From IMG/VR virus record IMGVR_UViG_3300037313_001869, positions 32,001 to 96,000 of that record: 64,000 nucleotides of DNA; one strand, given 5' to 3'. Source of the stretch: a virus. Its lineage: Duplodnaviria > Caudoviricetes. Position numbers and translations under genes: made by a program. The notes under the pieces are model-generated. The model made no database searches. It was not told where the DNA came from and was given only the letters and a program-made list of their open reading frames with translations. The first letter of the stretch is position 1. The number at the start of each line of letters is the position of its first letter. Shown here piece by piece: positions 59,182 through 64,000 of this stretch.

Positions 59182-59448
59182 GTGCGGAAAAAGCTGGTCT
59201 TGCAGGATACCTTTCGGGTTCTTGAAGCGGGCCCGTGGGACGCCGATAGTTTCGGTCCGGTGCGCGTTGCGCTCTACCAGACCCGGGGCGATGCTTTTTT
59301 TCCCTCCCGTATGGTCGTGTCAGTGACACAGCCGAAAGGCGGGGAGCTGTTTCGTTTCGACGCATCGACCTACCAGTTCGAGGGGGGTACGTTGCGGGTC
59401 TTCTGTGACAAGGCCGTCTCGCGCTGGGTCTTTCGTACGGTCCAGTAG
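59182..59448 (+). CDS. hypothetical protein
   Basis: AGGAGGT RBS before GTG. Confidence 0.65.
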   Translation: MRKKLVLQDTFRVLEAGPWDADSFGPVRVALYQTRGDAFFPSRMVVSVTQPKGGELFRFDASTYQFEGGTLRVFCDKAVSRWVFRTVQ

Positions 59449-59489
59449 CCTCTCCGGGTAGCCCCGGATCGCTCGGTAATCCTTCGATC

Positions 59490-59525
59490 GAACCCCTGAG
59501 GGAAACACCCTTCCCTCAGGGGTTC
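59490..59525. repeat. perfect 15-bp inverted repeat upstream of dam
   Basis: GAACCCCTGAGGGAA-ACACCC-TTCCCTCAGGGGTTC. Confidence 0.75.
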
Positions 59526-59554
59526 ACCCTGCGATCCGGTGTCTTGGAGAGAAG

Positions 59555-60415
59555 ATGAGCAGAGCACAACCTTTCCTGAAGTGGGCTGGCGGCAAGAGGC
59601 AACTTCTCCCCGCCCTTCTCCAGCGGCTTCCGTCGGAGATGAAGACGTACTACGAGCCCTTCCTCGGTGGTGGTGCGCTCTTCTGGGCCCTTGACGCCGA
59701 GGACGCCTTCGACCGAGCCGTGGTCGGGGACATGAACCCCGAGCTGGCCAACGCCTACCGGCTCTTCGCCGGCCCGGCCCATGGGGTCGAACGGGTGGTC
59801 GAGCTGCTGAAGGGCTACCCCCACACGCGCGAGTTCTTCGAGGACATGCGCCGGAAACTGCCGCACGAGCTGGGCGAAGCCGAGCGCGCAGCCTGGCTCA
59901 TCTACCTGAACCGAACGTGCTTCAACGGCCTCTACCGGGTCAACAAGATGGGGGTCTTCAACGTGCCCTTCGGCGACTACGAAAACCCGACCATCTGCGA
60001 CGAGGACAACCTGCGCGAGGTGGCCGAAGCCTTGCGCAACCCTCGGCTGACGTTCATGCAGGCAGACTTCGAGCAAATCGTCCAGACGGCCGAGGCTGGG
60101 GACGTGGTCTACTTCGATCCGCCGTACTTGCCCCGAAGCGATACGGCCCGATTTGCCGAGTACGTCGTCGATGGGTTCGACATGGCGAAGCACGAACGAC
60201 TCGCCAGGGTCTTCGCCGACTTGGCCAACCGAGGGGTTGGCGTGCTCCTGTCGAACTCGGACACGCCCGCAACCCGGGAGCTGTACCGGGACTTCCAGAT
60301 CGACACGGTCTACGCCAAGCGAGCCATCAACGCCAAGGGCGACAAGCGGGGGCCCATCCCCGAGATCCTGGTCTCGGCGAACCTGACCCCCGCGCCCGCT
60401 GCCGAAGTCGGCTTA
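59555..60415 (+). CDS. dam: Dam-family DNA adenine methyltransferase (ends at TTA)
   Basis: PFLKWAGGK, EPFLGGG, YFDPPY, LLSNS, EILVSAN; 286 aa if TTA is a stop. Confidence 0.92.
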
Positions 60416-60595
60416 GTCCCTCGGCATCGTCCCGCGCGTCAAGATGAGGACCCCGTCCGGGCTGTAGACCCGGGCGGGGCCTTCGACCTTCAGGAGTCCC
60501 TCGATCGCTTCCTTGAACGTCTGGGCGACGATATCGGGCTTGTTGGGGCGACGAACGACGTAGGCCCCAAGGACAGGCGACTCGGGCATGGTCAC
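60413..60595 (-). CDS. hypothetical protein
   Basis: GTGA overlap; ends in TAA. Confidence 0.55.
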   Translation of the reverse strand: MTMPESPVLGAYVVRRPNKPDIVAQTFKEAIEGLLKVEGPARVYSPDGVLILTRGTMPRD

Positions 60596-61692
60596 GGCTT
60601 CGCGTAGACGTACAGCTCGACGAGATTCCGGATGAACGTGTACGGGTTCTCGTCGTCGACCGACACGTTCAGGTTGGTGCCTGCGGCTTTCGTGTGCCCC
60701 CCGCCCCCGAGGCCCGTCGCCTTCGCAAAGGCGCTGGCGTCGAAGTTATCGTTCGACCGGAACGAGAGCTGAAGGGCCGGGCCCTTGTCGGAGACGACGC
60801 TGTAGCGGAAGCCGATCAAGAGGTCGACCTCGTCTTTGACCATCTCCATCGCGTCGCTCGTCTCGGAGATCCCCTGGAAGACGAGCACGTTGATGCCGCT
60901 CACCGAGAATCGGTAGCCGGCCTCGATGGCCTTTTTCGCCCGGTCGAGCCTCTGCTCGTTGACGAGGCGGCCCACCATGCGTCTCTCCTGCCACCAGGCT
61001 TCGTCTTCGGGGAAGACGTTGTCGGTGAGCCACATGTGCTTGGGAAAGAAGGCGAGCATCGAGTGCTGCACGAGGGCCTCGTCCCAAAGCGGGTCGTTCT
61101 TCTGCCAGGTGTCTCGGACGCCCGCGAGGCGAGCGAAGTGGTAGACTCGCTGGCCCTTCGGGGACTCCAGAAGGGCCATGGGGAAGGCGTACGAGGGGCG
61201 ACCCGGCTCCTCGACCATCGGCGGGCTGTCCTTCGACGTATCGATACCCGCCTTGCGGTAGCTCTCCCGCACTCGGCGCACGCCCTTGATGATGTTCAGG
61301 CTCATTGCCGGCCCGCCGTTCATCGGCAGCCAGACTTCGAGAAAGGCGAGCATTGCGCCCGACACGCCCGGGTCTCGGGTCTCGTCGCCGAAGACCCCCC
61401 GCTCGCCGAACATTTCGACGATGTGGCGCTGGGTCTTGTGGTGGTCGAGCACAAGAGCCCCGGCGTCCACGAACTCCTGCGCCCGGGCCTCGGGAGGGGC
61501 AATGTCGCAGAAGAGCATTCCGGACTCGGCCTTCAGATTGAGGTAGGCCGGCGTTCCGTAGGAGACGAACACGATCTCCACATGGTGCGGCATTGCGTCC
61601 TTGACGAGCATGGCCGAAGCCAGGCCGTCGGAGCAGTTGTCGTGGGTCACGAGCGTCGTGACCTCCCGCAGAGCGTCGAGAGGGAGCGGCAC
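60592..61692 (-). CDS. DHH/DHHA1 phosphoesterase
   Basis: THDNCSDG, FCDI, LDHH, SFRS, GGGH. Confidence 0.88.
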   Translation of the reverse strand: MPLPLDALREVTTLVTHDNCSDGLASAMLVKDAMPHHVEIVFVSYGTPAYLNLKAESGMLFCDIAPPEARAQEFVDAGALVLDHHKTQRHIVEMFGERGVFGDETRDPGVSGAMLAFLEVWLPMNGGPAMSLNIIKGVRRVRESYRKAGIDTSKDSPPMVEEPGRPSYAFPMALLESPKGQRVYHFARLAGVRDTWQKNDPLWDEALVQHSMLAFFPKHMWLTDNVFPEDEAWWQERRMVGRLVNEQRLDRAKKAIEAGYRFSVSGINVLVFQGISETSDAMEMVKDEVDLLIGFRYSVVSDKGPALQLSFRSNDNFDASAFAKATGLGGGGHTKAAGTNLNVSVDDENPYTFIRNLVELYVYAKP

Positions 61693-61694
61693 GG

Positions 61695-62204
61695 TCAGCC
61701 CCCCTTCAGAGCGTTGCGCTTGGTTCGGATGGCATCGAGCAGGGCATTGCGAAGCGGCGGACTCACCACCTCATCGATGCGCTTTCGGTTCGCCTCGTAC
61801 CAGGTGGCGAGGTTCTCGTAGGTGCCGATGGTCTCCAGCTCCATCATGAGCTGCTTCTGCGTGTCGTACTCGCCGAACTGCTTCGGAGGATCGACGAACT
61901 GACTTGCCGCACCCCCCGCCTGCGCCGCCTCGGGGACCTCTCGCAGCCGCTCGACCACGTCCGTCACCTTCTGCGCCACGTCGAGCGACGAGAGCAGGGC
62001 GGCGTACGACTGGGTCTTCTGGTCGGCAGGGGCCGAGGAGAAGATGTGCCCGAGGTGCAACCGGAGGGCGTCGAAGGCGGCCATGAAGGCGTTGAGCTGG
62101 GCCTGGGTCTGGAGGCCGGGAACTTGCGCCTTGAGCGCCTCCATCATCATCTTCTCGGCCTCGGGCGGAAGCGGGCCGGGGGGCATACCGGGAATCATGT
62201 TCAT
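61695..62204 (-). CDS. hypothetical protein
   Basis: GAGGA RBS; ATGA overlap. Confidence 0.75.
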   Translation of the reverse strand: MNMIPGMPPGPLPPEAEKMMMEALKAQVPGLQTQAQLNAFMAAFDALRLHLGHIFSSAPADQKTQSYAALLSSLDVAQKVTDVVERLREVPEAAQAGGAASQFVDPPKQFGEYDTQKQLMMELETIGTYENLATWYEANRKRIDEVVSPPLRNALLDAIRTKRNALKGG

Positions 62205-62509
62205 GTCCTCTTTGTGAGATTCTTCGATCTGGCCTGCGCGAGCAGGCGTTGCTTGAACTTCTCGGCCACAGCCCCGGCATTCGGCACGCCGATTGAACGG
62301 AGCTGTACCTCGACCACACCCTTCATCAGGTTCGCGGCCCGCTCGGGGTCTTCGAGCATCCGGAAACAAGGGCGACAGTAGACGTACTCTTCGGGCGGGT
62401 CGACCTCGCCCATGGCCCGCAGCGTCTCGCGCTCTTCGGCCGTCGTGGCAAACACACGGCACGTCGCCTTGTCACGCTCTCGGCGGCACATCGAGCAGCT
62501 CACACGCAT
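62201..62509 (-). CDS. CxxC...CxxC protein
   Basis: CSMC / CRPC. Confidence 0.7.
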   Translation of the reverse strand: MRVSCSMCRRERDKATCRVFATTAEERETLRAMGEVDPPEEYVYCRPCFRMLEDPERAANLMKGVVEVQLRSIGVPNAGAVAEKFKQRLLAQARSKNLTKRT

Positions 62510-62515
62510 TCGATT

Positions 62516-63154
62516 CTATCCCTTTTCTAGGTAGTCCTGCACAAGGACAGAATCGATCTCGTCGAGTTGAAGCTTACCCATCTCGACCTGCTCGGCGAGC
62601 AGGAGGGCCTGGCTGATGGGCATGGCCGGAAAGCGAACCCCGTGCTCTTTCAGAAGAACGGCCTGCTTCGCGTGGTAGTCGTCCACGGCTTCCTCCCGCG
62701 GCACGAGCCGGGTACCTGGGCCGAGCCGGTGGGGGTGGCAGTTGTACGGGTCGCTCGTCGCGAAGTAGGTTCGGCAGACGAAAGGCCGGGCGTCGTAGGC
62801 GACGCAGAGGTTCTTCTCGTCGAGCAAGGGGCAGGGCGTGAGCGAAAGAAGCCACACCTGGAAGGTCACGCCGCTCTGGGCTTCCTGGGCCTCGGCGAGC
62901 TTCTTTCGGAGCCGCGAGGTCCATACCCCTTGCTTGAAGAGCCAGCGGTAGATGCCGATGGCTTCGAGGATCGAGACCAGCACCGGGTGGTAGCAGCACG
63001 AAGCGCAGCCCGGCGTGCAGGTGATGGTCTCTCGGGCCTTCGAGACCCGTTCTCGCGCGGCCATCTCGAACCGCATCCCAGCGTCGGTTCGGAGGACCTC
63101 GGAGGCGGCGATCGATCGTTCAACGAGCACAGGCAAACGGCGCTTCGGGGGCAT
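62516..63154 (-). CDS. YkgJ-like CxxCxxCC Fe-S/Zn cluster protein
   Basis: CTPGCASCC, CPLL, CVAYDARPFVCR. Confidence 0.85.
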   Translation of the reverse strand: MPPKRRLPVLVERSIAASEVLRTDAGMRFEMAARERVSKARETITCTPGCASCCYHPVLVSILEAIGIYRWLFKQGVWTSRLRKKLAEAQEAQSGVTFQVWLLSLTPCPLLDEKNLCVAYDARPFVCRTYFATSDPYNCHPHRLGPGTRLVPREEAVDDYHAKQAVLLKEHGVRFPAMPISQALLLAEQVEMGKLQLDEIDSVLVQDYLEKG

Positions 63155-63691
63155 TCAGTCGTCTCCGACGATGTCATCGGCTTCGCGCGTGAAGCGAGAG
63201 ACCGGTTGGGGCAGGGGCTTGGCTTCGGGTCCGGGGGCCTGGGCCCGGGCCACGCGCTCGGCGACGGTACCGAAGCCGTTGGGGATGGTGATCCGCCCGA
63301 GTGAGCCGTTGCGGAACGTGCCGATCAGGACCTCGCCCGGACGAAGACCGAGCGCCGGGTTGAAGAAGAGGGGGCCCCCCGCCCGCAGAGGGTCGGCCTG
63401 CATCCAGTCCTCCCACGGCCGAAGCTCCCGCCCCCGGCTCGCCAGCCCCGCCGGGACCGCGACCTTGATCAGCGGCCCGGTGGTCAGCTTCTTCGAGGGG
63501 CAGGCGACCATCGGCCAGTCCGGGGGGTGCGCAAAGAGCTTGCACGTCTCAGGCTCGTCCTGGTCGAGGGTGTCGGGCACCTCACGCATCCCCCCGTCCC
63601 GGCCCAGCAAGATGGCCAGGCGCGTCCCTGAGTCGAGCCGGAGCACGTAGTACCGGGCCCCCTCGTAGTCGATGAGGTCTCCCGGCCTCAT
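63155..63691 (-). CDS. KOW-like protein with RFTR tag
   Basis: MRPGDLIDYEG; ends PVSRFTREADDIVGDD. Confidence 0.75.
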   Translation of the reverse strand: MRPGDLIDYEGARYYVLRLDSGTRLAILLGRDGGMREVPDTLDQDEPETCKLFAHPPDWPMVACPSKKLTTGPLIKVAVPAGLASRGRELRPWEDWMQADPLRAGGPLFFNPALGLRPGEVLIGTFRNGSLGRITIPNGFGTVAERVARAQAPGPEAKPLPQPVSRFTREADDIVGDD

Positions 63692-63975
63692 GACTTCTGC
63701 TCCTCCATGAACTCCTCGAACGAGAAGTCGCGCTGGTAGGTGGCGAGGAGCCGGTTGACCGCGGCGACCTCGGCCTCGGAGAAGATTGACCGGGCCTCGG
63801 TGGCTGCGGTCAAGATCGCCTGGCCCACGATCGGCCGGAGTTGGGCCTTGTCATGCTTGCTCCACTCGTGGAGCACCTCGGCCCACTCCTTCTCCGCCGG
63901 CCGAGCGAAACGCTCCTCGACGAGCAGCATGGCCTCCCACCGAGGGCCGGAAGCTTCGTAGATATACGAGCGCAT
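63688..63975 (-). CDS. hypothetical protein
   Basis: AGGA RBS; ATGA overlap. Confidence 0.7.
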   Translation of the reverse strand: MRSYIYEASGPRWEAMLLVEERFARPAEKEWAEVLHEWSKHDKAQLRPIVGQAILTAATEARSIFSEAEVAAVNRLLATYQRDFSFEEFMEEQKS

Positions 63976-64000
63976 CCTGGACTTGAGCGTCCGGACGGCC

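Noticed and set aside
2100-60415. Sequencing frameshifts as the explanation for missing stops
   Set aside because: Would need 17 independent errors all landing on the rarest codon at gene ends, and five sites have no adjacent UAG; not fully excluded without reads
1-64000. TCA, CTA or TTG as additional stops; TAG or TGA readthrough
   Set aside because: TCA, CTA and TTG occur inside credible genes; TAA, TAG and TGA all end genes at sensible positions
1-64000. tRNA, rRNA, CRISPR array, integrase/transposase, release factor
   Set aside because: None recognised by eye; a tRNAscan/Infernal/HMM run is still needed

Overview
High-GC, densely packed window with about 100 mostly short genes on both strands. 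It reads like part of a large (jumbo-type) bacteriophage genome. Most genes are hypothetical. Recognisable ones include two DNA methyltransferases, an SNF2 helicase, two AAA ATPases, DUF262, HNH, dNMP kinase, MazG-like, NadD, PyrB, a 2H phosphoesterase, DHH, radical SAM, vWA, a papain-like protease, several peptidoglycan enzymes and a capsid-protein-like gene. Main discovery: the codon TTA (UUA) appears to act as a stop codon. My manual scan found 17 in-frame TTA codons in credible genes. All 17 sit where the gene should end and none lies inside a domain. Eight coincide with the TAA of a convergent gene, two form TTATG stop/start overlaps, and three split apparent fusions. Coordinates below use TTA as a stop where stated. 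Second, about 20 unrelated proteins share a C-terminal P-x-R-[FYH]-[DE]-R tag. Third, a (C)GGTGT(A/C) motif lies 8-15 nt upstream of about 29 start codons and also upstream of a G-U-rich structured ncRNA candidate. All counts were made by eye, and all family calls come from motif recognition, not database searches.
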